Shown here in pieces: positions 1-8,661 of a stretch of 32,000 nt of DNA; the first letter of the stretch is position 1, and each line of letters begins with the position of its first letter. The position numbers were made by a program, and so were the translations under genes. Below the pieces are notes generated by a model, which was not told the DNA's origin, did no database searches, and saw only the letters and a list, made by a program, of their open reading frames with translations. The stretch spans positions 510,001 to 542,000 of the forward strand of contig NC_022359.1 of the NCBI RefSeq assembly GCF_000354175.2. Reading direction: 5' to 3'. Source of the DNA: Vibrio alginolyticus NBRC 15630 = ATCC 17749 (lineage in GTDB: Bacteria; Pseudomonadota; Gammaproteobacteria; Enterobacterales; Vibrionaceae).

Positions 1-135
1 GTCATTTTTTGACCACATCATTTGTCACTCCGCCTAAAGGAATTCTAAAGCAAACGATTAATAATTCATGCGTCCCTACATGTTGAGTGAGCCAACACGG
101 ACTTGCTCAGCAAAATAAGAATAAATGGAGTTATC

Positions 136-1488
136 ATGAACCTTATATTAATCCTGCTCGGGGTGATCGCATTTATTGTGCTCACGACCACCAAATTCAA
201 ATTACATCCCTTTTTAGCGCTGATCATCGCGGCGTTCCTTGCGGCATTTGCTTACGGCTTACCGGCAGATAGCATTGCCAAAACCATTGCTTCTGGCTTT
301 GGCGGCATCCTTGGTTACATTGGTTTGGTTATCGTTTTAGGTACCATCATTGGTGTTATTTTGGAAAAAAGTGGTGCGGCGATCACCATGGCCGATACGG
401 TCATCAAAGTGTTGGGTGAGCGTTTCCCAACATTGACCATGAGCATCATAGGTTACATCGTTTCTGTTCCAGTATTTTGTGATTCAGGCTTTGTCATTCT
501 GAACTCGCTCAAAGAATCACTCGCTAAGCGTTTAAAAACCTCAAGCGTTGCGATGAGTGTGGCGTTGGCAACTGGCCTATACGCAACGCACACGTTTGTG
601 CCGCCAACTCCTGGCCCGATTGCCGCTGCGGGTAACTTAGGCCTGGAATCTAACCTTGGTTTAGTGATTGGTGTGGGTGTGTTTGTTGCAGCGGTTGCGG
701 CGTTAGCGGGGATGTTGTGGGCGAACCGATTCCAACATGTTGAACCAGATGGCATTGAAGCCGCAGAAGAAATTCAGCAAGACTGGCAAGCACTCAAAGC
801 GTCTTACGGCAAATTGCCAACGGTGAGCCAAGCATTCGCTCCTATTTTTTTTCCTATCTTATTGATCTGTTTTGGCTCTATCGCGAAATTCCCAAGCCTA
901 CCGCTGGGCGAAGGTTTTGTGTTTGATGTTCTGACTTTCTTAGGGCAGCCACTAACGGCATTGGTGATTGGCCTGTTCCTTTCTGTTCGCCTACTCAAAT
1001 CAGACAACAAGATTGAAGAATTTGGCGAGCGAATCAGCCAAGGTATTACGGCTGCTGCGCCTATTCTTTTGATTACCGGTGCTGGTGGCGCATTTGGCGC
1101 GGTATTAAAAGCCACGCCGCTAGGTGAATACTTAGGTACGACGCTATCGGCGCTGGGCGTGGGTATTTTCATGCCATTTATCGTTGCGGCTGCGCTAAAG
1201 TCGGCGCAAGGTTCATCAACGGTTGCATTGGTGACCACATCGGCTTTGGTTGCGCCTATGCTTACGCAATTGGGGCTCGATTCAGAAATGGGCCGCGTAT
1301 TAACGGTGATGGCGATCGGTGCTGGTGCGATGACGGTTTCTCATGCAAACGACAGTTTCTTCTGGGTAGTTTCGCAGTTTAGCCGCATGTCGGTGGGCTT
1401 AGCGTACCGCGCGCAAACCATGGCTACGCTCGTTCAAGGTGTCACGGCAATGGCATTGGTGTACATTTTGAGCCTCGTTCTCTTATAA
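136..1488 (+). CDS. GntP-family (gluconate/organic-acid:H+) permease
   Basis: The long ORF is 103..1488. I prefer the ATG at 136 (MNLILILLGV...), which is preceded by GGAG at 126-129. The protein is strongly hydrophobic and multi-helical, and its N-terminus and overall pattern are typical of the GntP family. It sits directly upstream of glycerate kinase, so the substrate may be glycerate or a related sugar acid. Confidence 0.85.
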   Translation: MNLILILLGVIAFIVLTTTKFKLHPFLALIIAAFLAAFAYGLPADSIAKTIASGFGGILGYIGLVIVLGTIIGVILEKSGAAITMADTVIKVLGERFPTLTMSIIGYIVSVPVFCDSGFVILNSLKESLAKRLKTSSVAMSVALATGLYATHTFVPPTPGPIAAAGNLGLESNLGLVIGVGVFVAAVAALAGMLWANRFQHVEPDGIEAAEEIQQDWQALKASYGKLPTVSQAFAPIFFPILLICFGSIAKFPSLPLGEGFVFDVLTFLGQPLTALVIGLFLSVRLLKSDNKIEEFGERISQGITAAAPILLITGAGGAFGAVLKATPLGEYLGTTLSALGVGIFMPFIVAAALKSAQGSSTVALVTTSALVAPMLTQLGLDSEMGRVLTVMAIGAGAMTVSHANDSFFWVVSQFSRMSVGLAYRAQTMATLVQGVTAMALVYILSLVLL

Positions 1489-1504
1489 GTCTCTGGAAAT
1501 ACGT

Positions 1505-2641
1505 ATGAAAGTGGTAATTGCACCTGATTCATTTAAAGAAAGCTTAACCGCCAAACAAGTGAGCGAGGCGATCAAAACGGGTCTTGCTCGCGTATGGCAT
1601 GATGCTGAGTTTGTTACGGTTCCGGTCGCAGACGGTGGCGAAGGCACGGTTCAATCTTTGATAGATGCAACTCAAGGCGAACAAGTCTTCACAACGGTGA
1701 CCGCGCCATTAGGGAATGATGTTGAAGCGTTTTATGGCATCCTCGGCGACGGCGAAACCGCGGTTATTGAAATGGCGGAGGCCAGTGGGCTGCACCTTGT
1801 GCCGAGTGACGCTCGCGACCCAAAACTGACCAGTAGCATTGGTACCGGACAGCTGATCAAACACGCGCTAGACAGAGGCATTCAACGCTTAATCATTGGT
1901 TTGGGCGGCAGCGCTACCAATGATGGTGGCGTGGGCATGTTGACCGCGTTGGGGGTGGCGTTTCTTGATGAATCTGGTCATGCAATTACCCCAAATGGAG
2001 GCGGGTTAGCGGCGCTTGCGTCCATCGATATTTCTGGTATTGACCCTCGCTTAGCAACTTGCGAAGTGTTGGTAGCGTGCGATGTTGATAACCCACTCTG
2101 TGGTGACAAAGGCGCGTCGGCTATCTTTGGCCCTCAAAAGGGAGCGACCGTATCAGACGTTACTCTGCTCGATAACGCATTGCGCAAGTTTGGCGAGTTG
2201 ACGGAACAAGCGACGGGTAAGCATGTACTGACTCGTGAAGGGGCGGGTGCTGCTGGTGGTATGGGCGCGGCCTTGCTCGGGTACACGCCAGCACGTTTGC
2301 AACCGGGAATTGAGATTGTGCTTGAAACGGTCAAACTTGCTCAGCATGTTGCGGATGCGGATATCGTATTTACAGGCGAGGGTCGAATCGATCATCAAAC
2401 CGCACATGGCAAAACGCCGATGGGCGTTGCTCAGGTCGCCAAGCAGTGTAATTTACCAGTCATTGCATTAGCAGGCTGTGTGGGCGACAACTATCAGGCG
2501 GTTTATGAGTGCGGCATTGATGCGGTGTTTGCTTGTGTACCAAGGGCGATGAGCTTACCTGAGGCCATGAAAGAGGCCGACGTCAACGTTGCTAACTTAG
2601 CCGAAAACGTCGCGAGAATGTGGCAAATTAAGTCGCACTGA
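1505..2641 (+). CDS. glycerate kinase (GlxK/GarK family)
   Basis: 378 aa. The N-terminus MKVVIAPDSFKESLTA and the internal GLGGSATNDGG motif are characteristic of the glycerate kinase family. The gene starts 16 nt after the permease stop, which suggests an operon. Confidence 0.9.
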   Translation: MKVVIAPDSFKESLTAKQVSEAIKTGLARVWHDAEFVTVPVADGGEGTVQSLIDATQGEQVFTTVTAPLGNDVEAFYGILGDGETAVIEMAEASGLHLVPSDARDPKLTSSIGTGQLIKHALDRGIQRLIIGLGGSATNDGGVGMLTALGVAFLDESGHAITPNGGGLAALASIDISGIDPRLATCEVLVACDVDNPLCGDKGASAIFGPQKGATVSDVTLLDNALRKFGELTEQATGKHVLTREGAGAAGGMGAALLGYTPARLQPGIEIVLETVKLAQHVADADIVFTGEGRIDHQTAHGKTPMGVAQVAKQCNLPVIALAGCVGDNYQAVYECGIDAVFACVPRAMSLPEAMKEADVNVANLAENVARMWQIKSH

Positions 2642-2656
2642 AGGCGATGACGATAT

Positions 2657-2688
2657 GAAAAACTCCACCTTTGCGTGGAGTTTTTTGT
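2657..2688. terminator. Rho-independent terminator hairpin between convergent genes
   Basis: GAAAAACTCCAC-cttgc-GTGGAGTTTTTTG. This is a GC-containing stem with a T-run on the plus strand and an A-run on its 5' side, so it could act in both directions (glycerate kinase on + and the MocR gene on -). Confidence 0.75.
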
Positions 2689-2736
2689 TGTTACGTGTTT
2701 GCGTGTGTAGGCATAAGTTCATTTAGCAAGAGCGAG

Positions 2737-4173
2737 TTAACAGGCATGCTTTGCTATCAATTTTGCCAGTGTTTGCATCGCTTGACTCCAATCGGTTTCA
2801 TGACCAAAGTTTGCCACGCTGAGGCGTACGCAATGCCGATATTGCCCTTGAGTGCCAAATACGGTGCCGGGAAGTAGGCTGATTCTGTGCTTATTGCATG
2901 CTTGATACAACGCATAGCTGTCCGTGTCTTCGGGCAGTCGCAACCAAAGTAAGAACGAGCCTTGTACGGCGTTGATCTGGTATCGATTTTTTAGAGGTTC
3001 GTATTCATCCAAGTATTGATGAAGCATCTGGATAAATCGGCGCATGTTGTTTTGATAAACCCGACCCATTCGCGCAGTATGCGTTCGATACTTGCCTGAC
3101 GTTAGAAACGTTGCCACGGCGGATTGCATCAGGTTCAAACTGCCCATGTTCTCACACAGTAGATATTGTTCAATTTGGTCTCGATATCGCCCCGCCAACA
3201 TCCAACCAATTCTCAAACGCGAATCGAGCGTTTTGGATAACGAATTCACGTAAATTACGCGTTGCTTGTCATCGAGCAATCTCAAGCTTGGCAACGGCTT
3301 ATCATAACTTAACCCGCCAAACACATCGTCTTCGATAATAGGAATATTGCCGGACGCCAATAGTAATTGTTGACGCTTTTCTAGCGGCATCATGGCACCA
3401 GTTGGATTGGTGAAGTTTGGCGTTACGATGATCGCTTTTATGTCCCATGTCACCATTGCTTTTGCTAAGGCTTCGGGGCACATACCGTCGCGTGGGCAAC
3501 TCGGAATTTCCACCACTTTGAGGCCGAGTGATTCTAGCATCAATAAGTTGCCAAAATAGCAAGGGGACTCCACCGCGACGATATCGCCTTTTTGTGTCGT
3601 TGCGCGCAGCGCTAGGCTAATGGCTTGTTGCGCGCCGTGCGTCACCATGATCTCATCCAACTTGGCTGGCGTGCCCAAATCTTGTGTGATTTTCGCTAGT
3701 TGTTTGATTAAGAGGTGATCACCGGGTGGTAATTGGTAATGGCTCGGTACATGCGTTTGCTGGCGGCTGTGGCGGCCGATCTCGGCGTACAAGCTTTTGA
3801 TCGCGGGGGAGTCAATGTTTGGGTGGGCAGAACCGGTAGGCAAACGCTCTTGGTATTCAGGATAAGTAAGGATTTCTTTGCAGATCGAGAGCAAATCCAC
3901 GCGAGTCGGATCCGGAATTGAGCGAGAGGTCGGCAAGGCGACTTTAACTCGATAACCCGATTTGGGTACCGAGTAAACCAAGTTTTGTGCTTCCAGCTCT
4001 TGATACGCACGAATCACGGTATTTTTACTGACGTTTAATTCTTGGCTCAACGAGCGAATGGAAGGCAGTCGATCATCCGCCTGATAAACGCCACCATTGA
4101 TGGCTTGTTTGAGGTGTTTTTCCACCACGAGGTACTTATTCCCTTCACCGCTTCCCAATAAATCTGTACCCAT
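2737..4173 (-). CDS. MocR/GabR-type transcriptional regulator (GntR wHTH fused to a PLP aminotransferase-like domain)
   Basis: The ORF is 2737..4194, where the codon at 4194 is GTG. I prefer the ATG at 4173, which is preceded by GGAAG. The N-terminal GntR-type wHTH (LPSIRSLSQELNVSKNTVIRAYQELE) is followed by a ~350-aa fold-type I aminotransferase-like domain. Confidence 0.85.
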   Translation of the reverse strand: MGTDLLGSGEGNKYLVVEKHLKQAINGGVYQADDRLPSIRSLSQELNVSKNTVIRAYQELEAQNLVYSVPKSGYRVKVALPTSRSIPDPTRVDLLSICKEILTYPEYQERLPTGSAHPNIDSPAIKSLYAEIGRHSRQQTHVPSHYQLPPGDHLLIKQLAKITQDLGTPAKLDEIMVTHGAQQAISLALRATTQKGDIVAVESPCYFGNLLMLESLGLKVVEIPSCPRDGMCPEALAKAMVTWDIKAIIVTPNFTNPTGAMMPLEKRQQLLLASGNIPIIEDDVFGGLSYDKPLPSLRLLDDKQRVIYVNSLSKTLDSRLRIGWMLAGRYRDQIEQYLLCENMGSLNLMQSAVATFLTSGKYRTHTARMGRVYQNNMRRFIQMLHQYLDEYEPLKNRYQINAVQGSFLLWLRLPEDTDSYALYQACNKHRISLLPGTVFGTQGQYRHCVRLSVANFGHETDWSQAMQTLAKLIAKHAC

Positions 4174-4265
4174 AAAAACACTTCCATCTGTCACTTTTTG
4201 AAAACACTGTACCTAATTACATTAGCAGTATCTCAAAACATAAAACAAGCGTGAGTGAGGCGATC

Positions 4266-5165
4266 ATGTTAATCCGAGCCATCCCTTTTGTATTTGTCAT
4301 CCTTTGGGCTTCTGGATTCGTTGGTGCGCGTTTTGGTTTACAATATGCCGAGCCAGCGACACTACTTTCTATCCGTATGGCATTCAATGTCTTATTGTTT
4401 TTGGTTCTTGTGGCGGTATTGCGTAGAAGGTTGCCGACAGGAAAAGATTTTTGGCACAGCTGTGTGGTTGGTGCGTTGATCCACGGTTTCTATCTGGGCG
4501 GTACTTATTTCGCTATCGCCTTGGGTATGCCTGCTGGGTTGAGTTCGTTGTTGGTGGGTATTCAACCGATTTTAACCGCGGCTTTGCTGGTGGCGTTTGT
4601 TCGTGAGGAATTTAAACCCTCGCAATGGTTGGGTTTGGCTCTTGGTTTTGTCGGTATCGCTATGGTGTTGATGGGCAAAATGGAGTGGCAATCCGAGCAG
4701 CATAAAGTGTTGGCCATTGGTTTGTGTTTGTTGGCTTTGGTTGGTATCACGCTAGGGACGCTTTATCAGAAAAAACATTGCCAACAAGTGGATATGGTGG
4801 GTGGTGCGACGGTGCAATATTTGGCCGCGCTCGTCATGTTTCTGCCCGTTGCGATGCAGTTTGAAACCATGCAAGTGCAGTGGGAACTGGAGTTTATTTT
4901 GACTGTGTTGTGGTTGGTCGTCGTGCTCTCTTGTGTAGCTATTCTACTGCTGCTGTACATGGTTAAGAACGGTGCTGCATCGAGCGTAGCTTCTGTATTC
5001 TACCTAGTGCCGCCAACGACGGCGATTCAGGCTTGGCTCGCGTTTGGAGAGTCATTTGATTGGATGGGGATTTCTGGTTTCGTACTGGCAGCTACGGCGG
5101 TGTATTTGGTGGTTAAAAAGCCGGATCTGACGATAAAGAAATCGATTCAAACAGAATATACCTAA
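4266..5165 (+). CDS. EamA/DMT-family transporter (about 10 TM helices)
   Basis: The ORF is 4251..5165 with GTG at 4251. I prefer the ATG at 4266, which follows TGAGG. The protein has two repeated hydrophobic halves typical of EamA/RhaT-type DMT proteins. It is divergent from the MocR regulator. Confidence 0.8.
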   Translation: MLIRAIPFVFVILWASGFVGARFGLQYAEPATLLSIRMAFNVLLFLVLVAVLRRRLPTGKDFWHSCVVGALIHGFYLGGTYFAIALGMPAGLSSLLVGIQPILTAALLVAFVREEFKPSQWLGLALGFVGIAMVLMGKMEWQSEQHKVLAIGLCLLALVGITLGTLYQKKHCQQVDMVGGATVQYLAALVMFLPVAMQFETMQVQWELEFILTVLWLVVVLSCVAILLLLYMVKNGAASSVASVFYLVPPTTAIQAWLAFGESFDWMGISGFVLAATAVYLVVKKPDLTIKKSIQTEYT

Positions 5166-5228
5166 ATTGGCTAGGGACATTTGCGTATCAGTGGGTACAA
5201 TCTGCTTCATCTTAATCCGTGGAGCAGA

Positions 5229-5519
5229 ATGATGAAGGTAAAGCCAGATCGAATGACCGCCATGCGTAGCATCATCGAGCAAGTAAAAGCGGAACTACCA
5301 ATTTATGAACCAGAAACGTTTGTATGTGGACCAGAAGGGCAGTGCATTGGCTGTCCGAAGAAATTGTTGGAAATGGTCGATTCAGAAGTCACTTATTGGG
5401 AGTCAGCCATGGAGCGCGGCATTGTTCCGCAGTTCGATGAGATTCGTCGTTTTGGCAAAATGTGCACGAATGTTCGTCGTGGTCTGGTGCGAAATAATGT
5501 GCCTTTACTCAGTAACTAG
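5229..5519 (+). CDS. hypothetical small protein (~96 aa) with a CGPEGQCIGC cysteine motif
   Basis: The ORF is 5181..5519. The internal MMKVK start at 5229 is preceded by GGAG (about 5221-5224). I do not recognise a family. It contains C-x5-C-x2-C plus one more distal Cys. Confidence 0.5.
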   Translation: MMKVKPDRMTAMRSIIEQVKAELPIYEPETFVCGPEGQCIGCPKKLLEMVDSEVTYWESAMERGIVPQFDEIRRFGKMCTNVRRGLVRNNVPLLSN

Positions 5520-5711
5520 AGAGTAAAAACCGTCTAATATCTGACACATAGCGTCGTTTTGTTACACTGCTCTTTGGCTGCTGTTCTCAAGTTTGCGTGG
5601 TGTTTGTCTCTTCTTACCCCTTAAGCCTTTAATCGTAAGAAATTGGCGATATATTGGCTCGGTCTCACATGGATGTGGGGCTATTGTCTTGGGCTAGTTG
5701 AGATAAGAAAC

Positions 5712-6263
5712 GTGAAATCAAAGGGATTTACGCTGATGGAAATCACCATAGTGCTTACCACTTTGGCTTTCATCGCATTAGCTGCTTTACCAGTACTACT
5801 CGATATTCATCGCCAAGCATACGCTGCGATGCTGCACAGTTCTCAGTCTTCTTTGGGTACGGCTCTCAAGTTCTTCCATGCTCAATCAGTGATTGATAAC
5901 GCTTACGGCCAAGAGCACGTTCACTACATTGACCGACATGTCAAAACACGCAAAGGCATGCCAGAAGCGAGTGCCGATAGTATTCGAGCTTTGTTAGAAA
6001 TCGATCTACCAGCCAGAGGTTATTCGAAAATTGACGTGCCGTGCAAAGGCAGTGATTTTTGCATCATCGGTCAGCAGCACCCAAACAGTGCTCATTTTGT
6101 CGCGATTCCTGATTATCAGTTCTTAGATAAATCGGGAGTTGATCGCGTTGTGTACATTTGGCCGCAAGGTTACACACTGGCAGAAGAGGCATGCTATTTC
6201 TACTACGTGAATCAAGCCTCTAACGATTCAATTGTTCGAGGGTATGTGACGCAAGGGTGTTAA
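5712..6263 (+). CDS. prepilin-type N-terminal cleavage/methylation domain protein (type IV pilin / pseudopilin-like, orphan)
   Basis: The track ORF is 5643..6263. The GTG at 5712 gives VKSKG|FTLMEITIVLTTLAFIALAALP. This is the canonical short basic leader, with Gly at -1, Phe at +1, Glu at +5 and a hydrophobic helix. The C-terminal part contains Cys residues, as in pilin D-regions. The start codon choice is inferred. Confidence 0.7.
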   Translation: MKSKGFTLMEITIVLTTLAFIALAALPVLLDIHRQAYAAMLHSSQSSLGTALKFFHAQSVIDNAYGQEHVHYIDRHVKTRKGMPEASADSIRALLEIDLPARGYSKIDVPCKGSDFCIIGQQHPNSAHFVAIPDYQFLDKSGVDRVVYIWPQGYTLAEEACYFYYVNQASNDSIVRGYVTQGC

Positions 6264-6300
6264 TCCCGAATAAGTGTTGCGAACAACGGTTATCGTGACT

Positions 6301-6828
6301 CTACAAATCGGGGTTTTTCGAAGGGCTTTGCGCTTTATACAATACCATTTTTTGACTCATCAAGACTTTACCATTTGGCAAGGTCACTTCCCCAAGTTCC
6401 CCCTGATGTTCAAATCCAAACCGTTCATACAAAGCAATCGCTGGTGTGTTGGTTGTGTATACGTAGAGTGCGATTTGGTCGTAACCAAATTCCCAACCAC
6501 GTGCGATCGCGACTGCCAATAGTTTCCGCCCCAATCCTTTGCCTCGGTAGTTTTTGTCGATGTGAATACCAAGAATACCGACGCGAAGGCGTTGCCCTCT
6601 TTCGTAACCGCACATCTCAGCTGGGTAGATTTCAACACTACCGATAAGTTTTTGGCGGTCAAACGCGACAAACTGAGGGATGGACTCGTTTTCCACACGT
6701 TGCAGGATTCTGCGAAGCGTTGCGTTATCGGGTGCAGGAGAAATCAAAAATTCCCCTTCGGAGTACACTCGATTCCACAGCGCGGTGAAGCGCGCGATAT
6801 CGCTCACCTTGATGGATCTGATTTGCAT
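6301..6828 (-). CDS. GNAT-family N-acetyltransferase
   Basis: 175 aa. The acetyl-CoA binding motif A region is NYRGKGLGRKLL. An AGGAAG RBS precedes the ATG at 6828. Confidence 0.85.
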   Translation of the reverse strand: MQIRSIKVSDIARFTALWNRVYSEGEFLISPAPDNATLRRILQRVENESIPQFVAFDRQKLIGSVEIYPAEMCGYERGQRLRVGILGIHIDKNYRGKGLGRKLLAVAIARGWEFGYDQIALYVYTTNTPAIALYERFGFEHQGELGEVTLPNGKVLMSQKMVLYKAQSPSKNPDL

Positions 6829-6861
6829 TCATCTTCCTTGATTAGTGCAGGTTAGTAACGG

Positions 6862-7329
6862 TTAGGGGATAAGCTCAGATAAACAACGAATTTGGTTAGG
6901 AATGGCTTCGGCTGGTGCATCAGCGCCCGTTGGGTTAAACCAAATTGTGTTTACGCCCGCTTTCATCGCAGGGTAAATATCTTTGTGAGGTAAATCGCCA
7001 ACCATGGTTATTCCACTCACGTTAACCCCTAACTGTTTTGCGATGGCGAGATAAAACTCAGGTAGGTTTTTAGCGATACCGAGGTTGGCAAAACAAAAAT
7101 AGCCATTTAAGTATTGGTCTAAGTCGACGCGAACAAATGCACGCTGAACCTCTTCCATGTTGGAATCAGATGCACTGGTCGCAATGTAGATGGGATGATT
7201 TTGGGAAAGTATTGCCAGTGTTTCTCTGGCTTGAGGAACAGCTTCTACGTGTTCCCAATCGCACATTTTTCCTTGTGCGTGAGGGAAATCTACCATCAAG
7301 GTGTTCCCCCAATCGAAAAGATAAATCAT
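6862..7329 (-). CDS. HAD-superfamily hydrolase (YihX-like motif I)
   Basis: 155 aa. Motif I is LFDWGNTL (D-x-G-N-T, as in the YihX type) and the C-terminal motif is MVGDLPHKDI. An AAGGAG RBS precedes the ATG at 7329. Confidence 0.75.
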   Translation of the reverse strand: MIYLFDWGNTLMVDFPHAQGKMCDWEHVEAVPQARETLAILSQNHPIYIATSASDSNMEEVQRAFVRVDLDQYLNGYFCFANLGIAKNLPEFYLAIAKQLGVNVSGITMVGDLPHKDIYPAMKAGVNTIWFNPTGADAPAEAIPNQIRCLSELIP

Positions 7330-7448
7330 GTTCGAATCTCCTTATCCGCACATCATATCGTCTTTTTCTAAAATCAGGGGGGTAAATTGCATCGATAAAT
7401 GCGATTTAGGTGGGTTTAGTCGTGAAAAGCGCTTAATTGTCGTTATCG

Positions 7449-7919
7449 TTACAAATGTTTCAGCATAATGCGTGAGTTAGTTTTAAAACCTTGATTATCG
7501 TAAAAGCGCTGTGCTGGCTGATTGAATTCCATCACTTCCAATCGAACTTGTGTGGCATTGGCATCGCGCGCCCATTGCTCACAGGTTTGGAGCAGTTGGC
7601 GGCCGATTCCTTGCTGCTTTTGCGCTTCATCGACAACAATTGTTCCCACGCGACAAATTGGGTCTTTGATCAGAAAACTGACGGTGTCGTTTTGGGTGAT
7701 CATCGCGGTTAAGAAGCCGAGAATTTGCTGTTCGCGTTCGGCAATCAAAAAGAGTCGCTCTTTGTTCTCTAGTGCTTGTGCAAGAAATTCGCGGTCAGCT
7801 TCTGAAGGCGCAACAAAGGCTTCTGGCGCATTTGCAAAATGCAGTGAATTAATTTGAAAATTAAGCTGAAAAATTTCGTCTAAATCATCGGGAGTTGCTT
7901 GTCGGATATGGACTTGCAT
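7449..7919 (-). CDS. GNAT-family N-acetyltransferase
   Basis: The track ORF extends to 7976, but the ATG at 7919 (MQVHIRQATPDDLDEI...) lies 1 nt after the SDR stop (7921-7923). This fits GNAT length and a tight operon. Motif A is QKQQGIGRQLL. Confidence 0.8.
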   Translation of the reverse strand: MQVHIRQATPDDLDEIFQLNFQINSLHFANAPEAFVAPSEADREFLAQALENKERLFLIAEREQQILGFLTAMITQNDTVSFLIKDPICRVGTIVVDEAQKQQGIGRQLLQTCEQWARDANATQVRLEVMEFNQPAQRFYDNQGFKTNSRIMLKHL

Positions 7920-7920
7920 T

Positions 7921-8652
7921 CTATCTGCCCCCTGCAATATCGATAAATGATCCCGTGACATAAGAGGCTTCGTCACTTAATAGCCAAGCGATCGCATTTG
8001 CCACTTCTTCTACCGTGCCACCGCGTTTAAGAGGAATTTGAGGGCTGAGTCTATCTACTCGGTTTGGTTCTCCGCCGTCGGCATGCATATCAGTGTAAAT
8101 GAAACCAGGTCGAACGCCATTGACGCGAATATTGCGCTCTGCCAACTCTAGCGAGAGCCCTTTAGTTAAGGTATCCATCGCGCCTTTTGATGTGGCGTAA
8201 TCGACATACTCAAATGGCGCGCCTGAGCGCGACGCTCCAGAGGAGACATTCACAATTGCACCGCCTGCACTGAATCGCCTCGCCGCTTCTCGACAGCAGA
8301 GGAAACAGCTATTCACATTGGTGTTCATTACTTTCTGAAAGCGTTCCAAGCTGATTTCAGACAAAGGCGATTGAGTAAATAGGATGCCAACGTTGTTGAC
8401 CAAGTGCGTCACTGCACCAAATTCACGTTCTGTTTCATCAAACAAGGAGAGCACTTGCTTCTCATCGGCTACGTCTGCGGCGATGGCAATCGCTTTTCCA
8501 CCGTTTGCTTGTATTTCTGCCACAACTTGGTCGGCGGCCTCTTGCTGAGTGCGGTAATTAACGCAAACGCGATAGCCTTGCTCGGCCAGCTTTTTCGCCG
8601 CTGCGGCTCCAATGCCTCGGCTTGCGCCGGTAATGATGACTACTTTATTCAA
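7921..8652 (-). CDS. SDR-family short-chain dehydrogenase/reductase
   Basis: 243 aa. It has the TGASRGIG cofactor motif at the N-terminus and the catalytic Y-x3-K (YATSK). The start codon at 8652 is TTG, preceded by TAAGGAC. I see no in-frame ATG that would keep the Rossmann motif. Confidence 0.85.
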   Translation of the reverse strand: MNKVVIITGASRGIGAAAAKKLAEQGYRVCVNYRTQQEAADQVVAEIQANGGKAIAIAADVADEKQVLSLFDETEREFGAVTHLVNNVGILFTQSPLSEISLERFQKVMNTNVNSCFLCCREAARRFSAGGAIVNVSSGASRSGAPFEYVDYATSKGAMDTLTKGLSLELAERNIRVNGVRPGFIYTDMHADGGEPNRVDRLSPQIPLKRGGTVEEVANAIAWLLSDEASYVTGSFIDIAGGR

Positions 8653-8661
8653 AATACGTCC

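Noticed and set aside
81-97. The inverted repeat TGTTG-n7-CAACA upstream of the GntP gene, considered as a GntR/CRP-type operator.
   Set aside because: The arms are only 5 bp and match neither the CRP (TGTGA-n6-TCACA) nor the GntR operator consensus. This is too weak to call.
453-1238. Minus-strand ORFs 453..755 and 804..1238 inside the GntP permease gene. Similar antisense or alternate-frame ORFs occur inside mocR, torA, thiD and the tldD-like gene.
   Set aside because: All are nested in or opposite longer ORFs with clear family signatures. Their Pro/Ala/Arg-rich products indicate non-coding frames.
5643-5711. N-terminal extensions suggested by the track: 103-135 (GntP), 5643-5711 (pilin-like), 9406-9447 (torC), 17175-17237 (thiY), 18023-18148 (thiX) and 7920-7976 (GNAT).
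   Set aside because: In each case an internal start has a better RBS and yields the expected signal peptide, leader or domain start. Each also removes an implausible overlap with the upstream gene.
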